64,000 bases of DNA from Myxococcota bacterium (GTDB lineage: Bacteria > Myxococcota_A > UBA796 > SXON01): NCBI GenBank assembly GCA_040386535.1, contig JAZKFH010000002.1, positions 219,678 to 283,677 on the forward strand, read 5' to 3'. A program made the translations under genes and the position numbers. The notes beneath the pieces are model-generated. The model was not told where the DNA came from and ran no database searches. It saw only the letters and a list, made by a program, of their open reading frames with translations. This document shows positions 46,791-55,882 of this stretch, in pieces; within the stretch, counting starts at the first letter, position 1, and each line of letters starts with the position of its first letter.

Positions 46791-48580
46791 CAAGTCGGGG
46801 ACGGCACGATGTAGACGGCGCCCGCATCCGCTCCGCCGGCGTCGAGCCCCGGGGCCGCGATGAGCAGATCGTCGACCCGATCGCCCGAATGGTCGAGGAA
46901 GCCGGTTGCTGTGCCGAACCTGTCGCCAGGTGATTGCCCGTGGAGGAGATATTTTGAATCGTCTTCGTACACGCTGGTCAATCCCCAGGCCAGCCTATCG
47001 ATCGCCACCGCACCCCTCCCCTCGTCGTACACATAGGACGATCCAAGCGCCCGGGCTCCATCCCAGAATGGCACGTGCACGTCGAGCGTGCCGACCCAAT
47101 CGACATCGGAGTCCCTGAAGTTCTGGCGCCCGACCGTGGGCTCCCAGGGCACCACGCTGCCCGACACGGGCAGATCGACCTGCCATACAATCCCGCCGAG
47201 CGCCAGCAGCTCGGGCGACCCGTCGTCATCGACGTCCATCGCGGTGTGGGGGGCGCATGAGTAGAACTGGATCGTAGATTCGGAGATGACCTCATGCTGT
47301 CCGAGGGTAGGTTGATCCGAATAGAACAAGGCTCCGGACGGATCGCTACCACTGGAGGCGCTCAGCACGAACCCGAGATCGTCCCGACCGTCGTCATTGG
47401 CATCCCCAACAGCGACCGGGTACATCTGTGCTCCCGGCATGTCGACGACAAAGAGGGCGTCCGAATCCGCATACGATATCATCCCCGTCAGCGTGGAGGG
47501 TTCGTAGAACACTGCGACGGTACCGGAGTTCGGAGAGTATCGGCTGTCGAGTACACCGCTGGTCACCAGGTCATCAATTCCGTCGCCATCGATGTCGGTG
47601 CCGGAGAGGAGCGAGCTTCCTACATACACATCCTCCACATCGCCAGTGATGACGAAGGAAGCATCCTCACGTCCGCCTCCGATCGCAGCGGCCGTCCAAC
47701 CCAGGACCGATCCCTGTGTTCCCCCTGTCGTGACCTCTGAAACCAGCAGGACCGGAGCGTCCTCCTCCCCCGCCCAGCCGAGCGCATAGCCGAGGAACCC
47801 GCCGCCTTCGACCTTCCAGGGGGCCTCGGACGCCGAGGTTGCCGACGAGAGCCCACTCGCGGGCCATGCGTACACACCACCGCTGTATGAATCCAGTGCA
47901 CCCGCCCCCACGAGCAACCAGGGTTCGTCATCAAACCATCCCGTGGGCACGACGACGAGGGCGCTGCCGAAACCCGCGTCTGCCGCGGGACCATCGATGC
48001 GATGCATCGATCCCGTATCGAGCGAAACCTGATCCTGGGTCGATCCGTCGCAGTCGTTGTCGATGCCGATGTCGAGCCAGCCCTCGGTGGCCGAAATGCC
48101 GCGAGTCGCGTCCTCGTCGTCACAGTCGGTTCCGTCGAGCGCTATCGGAGCCTCTCCATCGCCATCCTGGTCAAAATCGTCCGCCGCGTCACAGTTGCTG
48201 TCGGTGCCGTCGTACCAGTTGTCTTCGGCGTCTGGATGGATTGACTCCGCGGCGTCATCGCAGTCGTCCGCACTCGATGCGTAGCCCGTCGGCACGGCGC
48301 AGCCAGTCACCGCTATCGCGTCAACGTTCCCGTAGCCGTCACCGTCACCGTCCAGGTACCACGTGGGAGCATCGACGGCGTCCTCATCGATCTGGCCGTC
48401 GCAGTCCTGATCGATGGCGTCGCAAACCTCGGCCGCGCCGGGGAAGATCGTGGCGTCCTGGTCGTCACAGTCGTCCAACTGGGAGAAGGCGTCACCATCG
48501 TGGTCGGTGAGCTGGTCCTTCCGATCCTCGTACGCGTCGGTGTTGATCAAACAGCCGCTGACGACGAGAAGGGTGAGCAT
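46790..48580 (-). CDS. Lipoprotein with DCDD metal-binding repeats and FG-GAP repeats
   Basis: Lipobox MLTLLVVSGC, 'DCDDQDATIFPGAAEVCDAIDQDCDG', FG-GAP 'FGTA..DHSGDRVDDLLIAAPG..GAVY'. Confidence 0.88.
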   Translation of the reverse strand: MLTLLVVSGCLINTDAYEDRKDQLTDHDGDAFSQLDDCDDQDATIFPGAAEVCDAIDQDCDGQIDEDAVDAPTWYLDGDGDGYGNVDAIAVTGCAVPTGYASSADDCDDAAESIHPDAEDNWYDGTDSNCDAADDFDQDGDGEAPIALDGTDCDDEDATRGISATEGWLDIGIDNDCDGSTQDQVSLDTGSMHRIDGPAADAGFGSALVVVPTGWFDDEPWLLVGAGALDSYSGGVYAWPASGLSSATSASEAPWKVEGGGFLGYALGWAGEEDAPVLLVSEVTTGGTQGSVLGWTAAAIGGGREDASFVITGDVEDVYVGSSLLSGTDIDGDGIDDLVTSGVLDSRYSPNSGTVAVFYEPSTLTGMISYADSDALFVVDMPGAQMYPVAVGDANDDGRDDLGFVLSASSGSDPSGALFYSDQPTLGQHEVISESTIQFYSCAPHTAMDVDDDGSPELLALGGIVWQVDLPVSGSVVPWEPTVGRQNFRDSDVDWVGTLDVHVPFWDGARALGSSYVYDEGRGAVAIDRLAWGLTSVYEDDSKYLLHGQSPGDRFGTATGFLDHSGDRVDDLLIAAPGLDAGGADAGAVYIVPSPT

Positions 48581-48626
48581 GAGCGACTCCGGTTCGGGCG
48601 AGATCGTAACCGGGCAGACTCGCCGA

Positions 48627-48731
48627 TACGACCCCGACACCGACCGCGACGGCGAGCTCGATCTGCTCGTGGGCGCCGACGGCGCCGGCCCCGACGAGCA
48701 AGGTCGGGCCTACCTCCTGCTTGCGCCGTAG
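48627..48731 (+). pseudogene. Orphan C-terminal FG-GAP fragment
   Basis: Reads '..DTDRDGELDLLVGADGAGPDEQGRAYLLLAP*' with no parent gene upstream on this strand. Confidence 0.55.
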
Positions 48732-50102
48732 TTCCCGCTGGACGACTCCTACATCCACCTCGCCATGGCCCGCACGCTCGCGGAGCACGGGACCTGGGGG
48801 ATCAACGCGGGAGAGTTCGCCTCCGCCACCTCTTCGCCGCTCTACACCGCGATCCTCGCGCTTGGGCTGGGGGCCTTCGGGGCGCACGAGCAGGTGTCCC
48901 TGTTCCTGAACGTGGCGGCGGGCGCGGTGGTGTGTTGGTTGGTGGCAGCGTTCGCGCGGGATCTCCGCGATCGGGCCACCAGCCTCGCGTTCGTCCTCGT
49001 CTGCGGTCCTCTCCCGTACCTCGCCTCGTTGGGAATGGAGCACGTGTTGCATGCCGCGTTGGTGCTCGCCCTCGCGCTCGTGGGGCTGGCCGCGCCTTTT
49101 CGGAACGGGCGGTTTGCGCTCCTGGCGCTGGCGGTGGCCGGGGTGCTCACGCGCTACGAGACGCTCTTCGTGCTCGCTCCGCTCATGATGCTCCTGGCGC
49201 GGCGAGGGCGTTGGATGGACGGCCTGCTCGTCGGTGGCGCCGGGGCCCTGGCCGTCGGCACGTACGGCGCCTGGTCGTGGTCGCAGGGGGGGCTGGTGAT
49301 CCCCAACAGCATCCTGATGAAGTCCGCGTTGGCCGGAGGGTGGGAGACTCTCTGGAAGGACAACCTGTACGAAGGCGCGCCCGTCCTGCTCCTCGTGGCG
49401 GGGGCGGCGGCCGCGGCGGCGGTGGACCGTCGGCAGGAGGGCCACGCCCTGCTGTTCGGAGTCGCCGCGCTCCTCCACCTGGCGTTCGCACGGATCGGCT
49501 GGCTGTATCGTTACGAGGGCTATCTCATCATCTGGGGCGGAGTCATCGCCGTCCCCCCGCTGCTCCGCGCCGTGAAGGGCCCGCAGCTCCTCCTGTTGGC
49601 CGCCATCCTGATCCCATCAGGCTTCCGGGCGTGGCGTGCGAGCGTGGACTTCGTCGCGGCCTCGCGGTGCATCCACGACAATGACGTGGTCTTGGCCAAG
49701 ATGGTCGCCCGCGACCTCCCGGATGTCACCCTCGCGGTGCACAACATCGGCGCGCTTGCGTGGTTCAGCGACGCGACGGTCGTGGATGTCGCGGGCCTGG
49801 CAACGGACGAGGTGACACGCCTGCACCTCGGCAACCAACTCACCGGCCAGACGTTTGGTTCGCTCCTGGCGCGAAGAGGCGTGCAGCTCGCCTACACGGA
49901 TGTTGGCTGGTTGGCGGCGGATCCCCCGCCGGGCCTGGAGGAGATCGCGGTCCTGTCCTACCAGACGCCGGTGCCCGGTCGCCGGGCGAAGACACGCCTC
50001 TCCATCACCCCGCTCGGCGACGTTGCACGGCTCTCCGCCGCCCTCCGGTCCCTGCCGCCGGGAGGCGATCGTTACAGCGTGGAGTGGTCCATCGTGCCAT
50101 GA
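48732..50102 (+). CDS. GT-C-like polytopic membrane protein, apparently 5'-truncated (first ATG at 48765)
   Basis: 'FPLDDSYIHLAMARTLA..G.WG..ATSSPLY', 'SLGMEH', 'TRYE', 'IPNS', 'IGAL...VDVAGL'. The DD motif lies upstream of the first ATG and directly after a TAG. Confidence 0.75.
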   Translation, partial: FPLDDSYIHLAMARTLAEHGTWGINAGEFASATSSPLYTAILALGLGAFGAHEQVSLFLNVAAGAVVCWLVAAFARDLRDRATSLAFVLVCGPLPYLASLGMEHVLHAALVLALALVGLAAPFRNGRFALLALAVAGVLTRYETLFVLAPLMMLLARRGRWMDGLLVGGAGALAVGTYGAWSWSQGGLVIPNSILMKSALAGGWETLWKDNLYEGAPVLLLVAGAAAAAAVDRRQEGHALLFGVAALLHLAFARIGWLYRYEGYLIIWGGVIAVPPLLRAVKGPQLLLLAAILIPSGFRAWRASVDFVAASRCIHDNDVVLAKMVARDLPDVTLAVHNIGALAWFSDATVVDVAGLATDEVTRLHLGNQLTGQTFGSLLARRGVQLAYTDVGWLAADPPPGLEEIAVLSYQTPVPGRRAKTRLSITPLGDVARLSAALRSLPPGGDRYSVEWSIVP

Positions 50103-50111
50103 GGCACAGTC

Positions 50112-51104
50112 TCAGATGTCCGAACAAGCCACGGTATAGGGCGAACCCCCGATGTACTCGTACCCGTTCGGGCACACATCGCCGGGATCGCGCATGTCCC
50201 CGTAATAGTTGCCGTCGACATCGCTGTTGAGCATCAACACGTTGCCGACGCCGGGCGCCTCGCACGCCACCGCGTTGTAGGCGCCGCCGAGCCACTCCCA
50301 GCCGCTGGGGCACACGTCGGAGGGGTCGCGCATGTCGCCGTAGTAGGTGCCCTCCGTGTCGGTGTTGAGCGTGGCGACGGTGCCGCCGCCGTCCTTCGCG
50401 CAGATGACCGTGGAGTAGCCACCACCCATGTAGTCCCAGCCGTCGGGACAGACATCGCCGGGGTCGCGCAGATCGCCGTAGTAAGTCCCGTCACGGTCGC
50501 TGTTCAGGTACGCCACGGACATGTACACGGGCGCCTGGCAAACGACGGTGGAGTAGCCGCCGCCGAGGTGGGGCCAGCCGTCGGGGCACACGTCGCCCGC
50601 GTTACGAAGGTCGCCGTAGTAGTCACCCTCCATGTTGGAGGTGAAGTAGACGGGCTGGCCCACGTTGCCGGATTGGTGACACCCCACGGTGTAGGGGCTG
50701 CCACCGATGTGCTCCCAACCCTCGGGGCACACGTCCCCCTCGTCGCGCAGGTCGCCGTAGTACGTGCCGTCGACGTCGCTGTTGAGCTGCGCCGCCACGC
50801 CCGGGGCGCCGCTGCCACACGCCACGGAGCTGTACCCGCCGCCGAGGTGCTCCCAGCCGTCGGGGCAGACATCGCCCTCGTCGCGAAGGTCGCCGTAGTA
50901 GTCGCCGTCGACGTTGGCGTTCAGGTACGCGATCGCGTCGGGCACGTCGACCACGACGGGGAGATCGGGCTCTTCCTCATCGTCGTCCTCGTCGCCGCCG
51001 AAGATCCCCTCGCCGTCGTCCTCGCCGTCCTTGCCGGCGGCGCAGGCGAGGGAGAACGCGAGGGTGAGGGCCAGCGTCAGGGGGAGCGGGGCGCGCAGGG
51101 TCAT
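50112..51104 (-). CDS. Lipoprotein with six tandem ~46-aa Cys-containing repeats
   Basis: Lipobox 'AFSLAC', acidic linker, 6 x 'LNsDxdGxYYGDxRDxGDVCPxGWxxxGGxxxxVxC'. Confidence 0.88.
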   Translation of the reverse strand: MTLRAPLPLTLALTLAFSLACAAGKDGEDDGEGIFGGDEDDDEEEPDLPVVVDVPDAIAYLNANVDGDYYGDLRDEGDVCPDGWEHLGGGYSSVACGSGAPGVAAQLNSDVDGTYYGDLRDEGDVCPEGWEHIGGSPYTVGCHQSGNVGQPVYFTSNMEGDYYGDLRNAGDVCPDGWPHLGGGYSTVVCQAPVYMSVAYLNSDRDGTYYGDLRDPGDVCPDGWDYMGGGYSTVICAKDGGGTVATLNTDTEGTYYGDMRDPSDVCPSGWEWLGGAYNAVACEAPGVGNVLMLNSDVDGNYYGDMRDPGDVCPNGYEYIGGSPYTVACSDI

Positions 51105-51203
51105 CGGCGACCCCTACTTCGGCCGCCGGCCGGAGGCCAGCGCGTCGTCGCCACGGTTTGAGCTTCGCCACAATAGAGCTACGCTCCCCTCCCCGGAGTT
51201 CCC

Positions 51204-51596
51204 ATGGTCCGCCTCCTCCTCGCCTTCGTCCTCCTCAACGGGTGCCAGGAGCACATCGGCACCTTGTGCACCAAGATGGGCTGCGAGGGGGTCCTCACCA
51301 TCACCCTCGACGGGGAGCTTCCCGACGGGGCCGAGGTCACCGTGCTCCTCGACGGCGAACCCTGCGTGGTGGCGGAGAATGGCGATTGCCAGCTGGCCGA
51401 GGACGGGTCCGCGATCACGGTGCTGCTGTCGTTCGGCGCGGGCGAGCCCGAGGTGGTCGTGCGGATCGCGGTCGACGACACATCCGACAACTACGTGCTC
51501 GCGCCCGACTGGGACGAGCCGGTCTACCCGAACGGGGAGGAGTGCGACGGGGCGGAAGGTGGATGCGTGGGGGGCGAGGCGGTGCTGGTGTTGTGA
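51204..51596 (+). CDS. Small Cys-rich lipoprotein
   Basis: GGAG RBS, lipobox 'VLLNGC', 'CTKMGC' and 'YPNGEEC...C'. Confidence 0.75.
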   Translation: MVRLLLAFVLLNGCQEHIGTLCTKMGCEGVLTITLDGELPDGAEVTVLLDGEPCVVAENGDCQLAEDGSAITVLLSFGAGEPEVVVRIAVDDTSDNYVLAPDWDEPVYPNGEECDGAEGGCVGGEAVLVL

Positions 51597-51628
51597 GGCG
51601 ATGAAGAGGAGATGACTGCTACTCGGCG

Positions 51629-51652
51629 GGTCCCGCCTGAACAGACGGGACC
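51629..51652. terminator. Hairpin between convergent genes (possible bidirectional terminator)
   Basis: GGTCCCGcCTG-AA-CAGaCGGGACC inverted repeat. No clear U-tract. Confidence 0.4.
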
Positions 51653-51725
51653 ATACCTACCAAGTCTTCATTTCCCACCCACCATAGCCCCCTCGTGATG
51701 GACACGGATCAAGAGCCGACGCCCC

Positions 51726-52349
51726 CTACGCCGTCATGTCGTGTTCGCGCAGCCACCGAATGGTCTCTTCGGGCGCCACGACGAAAGCGCGCGGCGAGCC
51801 ATGCTGGTGAGCGATAACGACATCGGCACGTGCCATCCGGGCCGGGTGGCCCACGACCGCAAACGGGAGAAACCGCTCGTAGTGCCTCATGTCGAAGATC
51901 GCAGCCGTACACCAGTTATACCGAATCTTTTCCATCGGAAAGTGGGACGATACCGAGAAGCTGTTGGCACGGCAAGTCGTGATATCGATGGCCCAATCGA
52001 CATCACGGAACGCGGTCTCCAACTCGGCTCGGGCCGCAGACCCCGCCAGCCCCGCTAGCGGGTCAATCATGACTTCTCCGGCCGTTCCGGAAAATGTGAC
52101 ATGACGAAAGACACATTGGTCGAACAGCAGCGGACCGGCGGTGCGGCAATTGTGGAACTTCACACCGTCCAGCGTCAGGCGCCGGACGGCCCAGCGTGCG
52201 AGCACACACTCTATGAATGAGCAATTGCGCAACGCCGCCGTGAAGCCTGCACTGCTGCCAGCGGTCACGTGCACGCGCTGGCGCACGAAGGTCTGCCCGT
52301 CTCCGATGTCCGGCGCCGCGCTCCTTATCGTTATGGTCTTCCTCCCCAC
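51726..52349 (-). CDS. Hypothetical protein with pentapeptide/beta-helix-like N-terminal half
   Basis: GGAGG RBS before GTG. Periodic 'LRNCSFIECV..LDGVKFHNC..FDQCVFRHVTFSG'. Lower GC than its neighbours. Confidence 0.65.
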   Translation of the reverse strand: MGRKTITIRSAAPDIGDGQTFVRQRVHVTAGSSAGFTAALRNCSFIECVLARWAVRRLTLDGVKFHNCRTAGPLLFDQCVFRHVTFSGTAGEVMIDPLAGLAGSAARAELETAFRDVDWAIDITTCRANSFSVSSHFPMEKIRYNWCTAAIFDMRHYERFLPFAVVGHPARMARADVVIAHQHGSPRAFVVAPEETIRWLREHDMTA

Positions 52350-52370
52350 CGCGCCTCCTGCTCTGGAATC

Positions 52371-54722
52371 TCACGCCGCCTTCGTCGCCCGCGCCCCCCG
52401 CACCCCGATCCCCGCCAACCCCACCGCCAGGAACGCCGCGATCCCGTAGGCGGCCAATGCCACGCCGTAGGCGAAGGTGTAACCATACAGGCGCGCGATG
52501 ACGACGGTGGCGAGGCTGGCGAGCACCGACATCCAGCCGTTGATCGCCCAGGCCCACGGGATGGCAGGGGCCGCGGAGGCGCCGACGGAGCGGAGGGCGA
52601 GCGGGAACGGGGCGCCCATGATGAAGCCGAGGGGGAAGATGACGATGAACGTCAGCAACGCGCGGACGGCGATGGGGGCGCCGAGGGCCACGGCGGCGAG
52701 CGCGGGCGGGGCGAACACGCCGCAGACGAGGCCGAGGGCGAGCACGCCGAAGAGCACCTTGCGGAGGCGACGCGCGGCGACGATCCCCTCCCCCGCGCTG
52801 GGCCCCGCGAGCCAGGTGCTGCCGAGGCCGGAGCCGAGCAACATGGCGAGGACGACGATGGTGATGGCGTAGGTGGGGTGGCCCACGAACAAGACTAGCT
52901 GGTGGATGAGCACCGTTTCGAGGGCGAGGTAGCCGTAGCCGAGGCAGGCGACGTAGGCGAGCAGGCGGCCGGTGCCGACGACGCCGCGCACCTCGGTGCG
53001 GCCACGCAGGGCCCACGGGAGGGCCACGAAGAGGCCGCCCGCGGCGAACACGAAGGCGAACTGGACGAAGACAGAGAGGTAGATCGTCGCGAGCGGATCC
53101 TCCTCGCTGGCGACGACGTTCGTGGCCCGGCCGAAGATGCGGCGGACGTCGCCCCAGGTGTCGACGTAGGGGCGGTCGTCCGTCATGGCGCGCTCGGCCA
53201 TGAGCTTGGTCCACTCCTTGGGGGGGGTCTCCGCGTCGATCGGCCACGCGAGCTCGGCGCGCTCGAAGGTCGGGACCGCGGCGGCGAGGCGGGCGCGCTC
53301 CTCGGGCGTCCACGCGCGGGGGCGGACGAGGATGACCTGGCTGCGGCCCTTCACCCACGCGACGGCCTGCCACGGCTTCTCGACCCCGCGGAGCGACAAC
53401 GCGGCGGACGCGGAGCGGGCGAGCGCCTCGGTCTGGGAGCCACGGCCGAAGGAGATGACGCCGTCGGGCTCGAGGTGGTCGAGGTAGGTGCCGAAGGCGT
53501 CCTGGGTCTCGAGCAGCGCGGGCGACCAGGTGTTCGCGAGGAGGCCGGCGGCGGACCAGAGGTTGGCGTGGACCATCTGGATGAGGCGGTACTTGTCGGG
53601 CGACGAGAGGATGGCGGCGCGGGCGTCGAGGTGGACGCGGCGCACGGTGCCGTCGGCGTAGGGGTTGACCGGCGAGCCGGCGAAACGTTCGGCGACCACG
53701 CGGAAGATGGCCGACTCCAGATCGATGGCCTCGATGTCGGTGAAGCCGGCGGCGCGCGCGACGGCCACTTCGGGGCCGGCGGACGCGGCGAGGATCGCGA
53801 CCTTGCCGCCGGGCACGAGCACGTCGTACGCCATGCGACGGTTGGCCTGGTCGGTGAGCCGCGCGAGATCGGCCTCGGACATCGGCACGGCGGACGCGCT
53901 CGTGTTGTCGAGGAGGACGAGGGTCTCCTCCTTCGTCTCGTGCACGGCGAGGCGAACGAGGGGCGTCCACTCGGTGTAGGTGACACGGTCCTCGGAGAAG
54001 CCGACGGTCCGCACCACCTTGAGCACGTCCCCCGAGAGGCCGGCGATCGAGAGGCCGACGGAGCCCACGAGCATGACGACGGAGAGCCCTCTCCCGAGGC
54101 GATCGGCGCCGAACGACACGAGCGCGCCGACGGCGGCGAGCGCCGCGACGACGAAGGCCACGTCGGGACCGGCGAGCACGCTCAACACGGGGAGGAACAG
54201 CACGGCCGCGAGCGCCCCACCGACGAGATCGGCGCCGTAGAGCACGCCGATGTGCTCGCGGAGGCGCTGGAACACGCCGGCGAACGCGAGGCCGGCGAAC
54301 GCGAACGGCACCGACAGGATGGGGAGGAGCGCGGCGAACCACCCCTGGTGGAGCAGCTCGGCCTTCTTGGACGAGGTGTCCTGGTAGGTGGTGAGCGGGC
54401 CGTCGGGGATCTGGAGCACGGGGAAGTGCAGGACGGCGAGCACGGCGAGGACCGTGGACACGCCGAGGCCGAGGCCGATCCAGCCGAGGCGGCGCTCCAA
54501 GCCACGCTCGGGCACGAGCGAGGGCCACAGGTGCTGGGCGACTGCGCCCACGCCGGTGCCGAGCAATGCGAGCGCGAGCGCGAGGTGCGCGAACGACGCG
54601 AACAGGACCACCGCGAACAGGCGCGTGAGGAGCAATTCGTAGAGGAGCAGGCACAAGCTGTAGAGGAAGACCGCGGCGAGTACGCGGCGGGACACGGGCG
54701 CCTGTTCCGGAAGGGCTGACAT
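52371..54722 (-). CDS. Polytopic membrane protein fused to spermidine-synthase-like (SAM-binding) domain
   Basis: N-terminal TMs ('YELLLTRLF', 'LYGADLVGG'), central 'AIDLE...LDAR...YLDHLEPDG', C-terminal TMs ('TDDRPY', 'WAWAING'). TGATG-coupled to the VWA gene. Confidence 0.8.
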   Translation of the reverse strand: MSALPEQAPVSRRVLAAVFLYSLCLLLYELLLTRLFAVVLFASFAHLALALALLGTGVGAVAQHLWPSLVPERGLERRLGWIGLGLGVSTVLAVLAVLHFPVLQIPDGPLTTYQDTSSKKAELLHQGWFAALLPILSVPFAFAGLAFAGVFQRLREHIGVLYGADLVGGALAAVLFLPVLSVLAGPDVAFVVAALAAVGALVSFGADRLGRGLSVVMLVGSVGLSIAGLSGDVLKVVRTVGFSEDRVTYTEWTPLVRLAVHETKEETLVLLDNTSASAVPMSEADLARLTDQANRRMAYDVLVPGGKVAILAASAGPEVAVARAAGFTDIEAIDLESAIFRVVAERFAGSPVNPYADGTVRRVHLDARAAILSSPDKYRLIQMVHANLWSAAGLLANTWSPALLETQDAFGTYLDHLEPDGVISFGRGSQTEALARSASAALSLRGVEKPWQAVAWVKGRSQVILVRPRAWTPEERARLAAAVPTFERAELAWPIDAETPPKEWTKLMAERAMTDDRPYVDTWGDVRRIFGRATNVVASEEDPLATIYLSVFVQFAFVFAAGGLFVALPWALRGRTEVRGVVGTGRLLAYVACLGYGYLALETVLIHQLVLFVGHPTYAITIVVLAMLLGSGLGSTWLAGPSAGEGIVAARRLRKVLFGVLALGLVCGVFAPPALAAVALGAPIAVRALLTFIVIFPLGFIMGAPFPLALRSVGASAAPAIPWAWAINGWMSVLASLATVVIARLYGYTFAYGVALAAYGIAAFLAVGLAGIGVRGARATKAA

Positions 54723-55882
54723 CAACCTGCGACTCCTCTCACGATCAATCCCTGGCGGGAGGCCCAGGCGCCGATATCCTGCCGCTGGATCGCCGCCGCG
54801 AGGAGCGGCGCCAGCTTGTCGGGCGTGCACGCGAAGCTCGGGATGCCGAGCGCCGCGAGCTTCGCCGCGTTGGCCGCGTCGTAGCTCGGCGCGCCGTCGT
54901 CGGAGAGGGCGAGCAGCACCACGAGATTGACCCCGGAGGCGACCAGCGCCGCCGCGCGACGCAACATGCCAGCCTGATCCCCGCCTTCGTACAAGTCCGT
55001 CACGAGCACCATGACGGTGTCGCGCGGCCGATCGATGATGGCGGTGCAGTAGCCGAGCGCCTTGTGGATGTCCGTCCCCCCGCCGAGCTGGGTGCCGAAC
55101 AGGAGCTCGACGGGGTCCTTCAGATCCTCGGTCAGGTCGACCACGGCGGTGTCGAACACCACCATGCGCGTACGGAGCGCGCGGATGCTCGCCAACACGG
55201 CCCCAGCAATGCCCGCGTACACGAGGCTGGTCGCCATCGACCCGCTCTGGTCGACACACAACACCACGTCCCGCAAGGCGGTGGTGCGCGGCCGGAAGCC
55301 GACGAGCCGCTCGGCGACGAGGATCTTGCGGTCGGGCTGCCAATTGCGGAGGTTCTTGCGGATCGTGCGGTCCCAATCGATGGCGTTGGCCTTGGGGCGG
55401 TTGGTGCGCCGGCTCTTGTCCAACGCGCCCCGGATCGCCGACACCAGCGGCTCGCGGAGCTGGCGCTCGACATCGGAGACCACGCGGCGCACGACCTTGC
55501 GCGCGGTGTGCTTCGTGCGCTCGGGGATGACCTTGGAGAGCGACAACAACGTGGCGACCAGCCCCACGTCGGGCTCGCAGCCCTCCAACAGCTCGGGCTC
55601 CAGCAACAGCTGCTTGAGTTGGAGGCGGTTGATCGCGTCCTCCTGCAGCACACGTACGACGCTGGACGGGAAATACGTGCGGATGTCACCCAACCAACGC
55701 GTGACGTTGGGGCTAGAGGACCCGAGGCCGGCCTTCTTGTCGGAGTCGTAGATGGCGTGGAGCGTGCGGTCCATGCCGAGCGCGTCGCCGTCGAGCTTGA
55801 AGCCGAGCGCGGCCTGGGCGGGCTCGCCGAGGACGAGGCGCCAGCGTTGCAAGCGTGTGTCCGGCGACACAGGATCACTCAC
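54722..55882 (-). CDS. VWA domain protein (CoxE/YehP-like)
   Basis: 'RWRLVLG', 'IDWDRTIRKNL', MIDAS 'CVDQSGSM', 'GGGTDI', 'VTDLYEG'. GTGA-coupled start. Confidence 0.9.
   Translation of the reverse strand: MSDPVSPDTRLQRWRLVLGEPAQAALGFKLDGDALGMDRTLHAIYDSDKKAGLGSSSPNVTRWLGDIRTYFPSSVVRVLQEDAINRLQLKQLLLEPELLEGCEPDVGLVATLLSLSKVIPERTKHTARKVVRRVVSDVERQLREPLVSAIRGALDKSRRTNRPKANAIDWDRTIRKNLRNWQPDRKILVAERLVGFRPRTTALRDVVLCVDQSGSMATSLVYAGIAGAVLASIRALRTRMVVFDTAVVDLTEDLKDPVELLFGTQLGGGTDIHKALGYCTAIIDRPRDTVMVLVTDLYEGGDQAGMLRRAAALVASGVNLVVLLALSDDGAPSYDAANAAKLAALGIPSFACTPDKLAPLLAAAIQRQDIGAWASRQGLIVRGVAG

Noticed and set aside
51685..51706. 'GCCCCCTCGTGATGGACAC' reminiscent of an IS3-family terminal repeat
   Set aside because: No terminal TG/CA, partner repeat or transposase nearby. 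Too weak to call.
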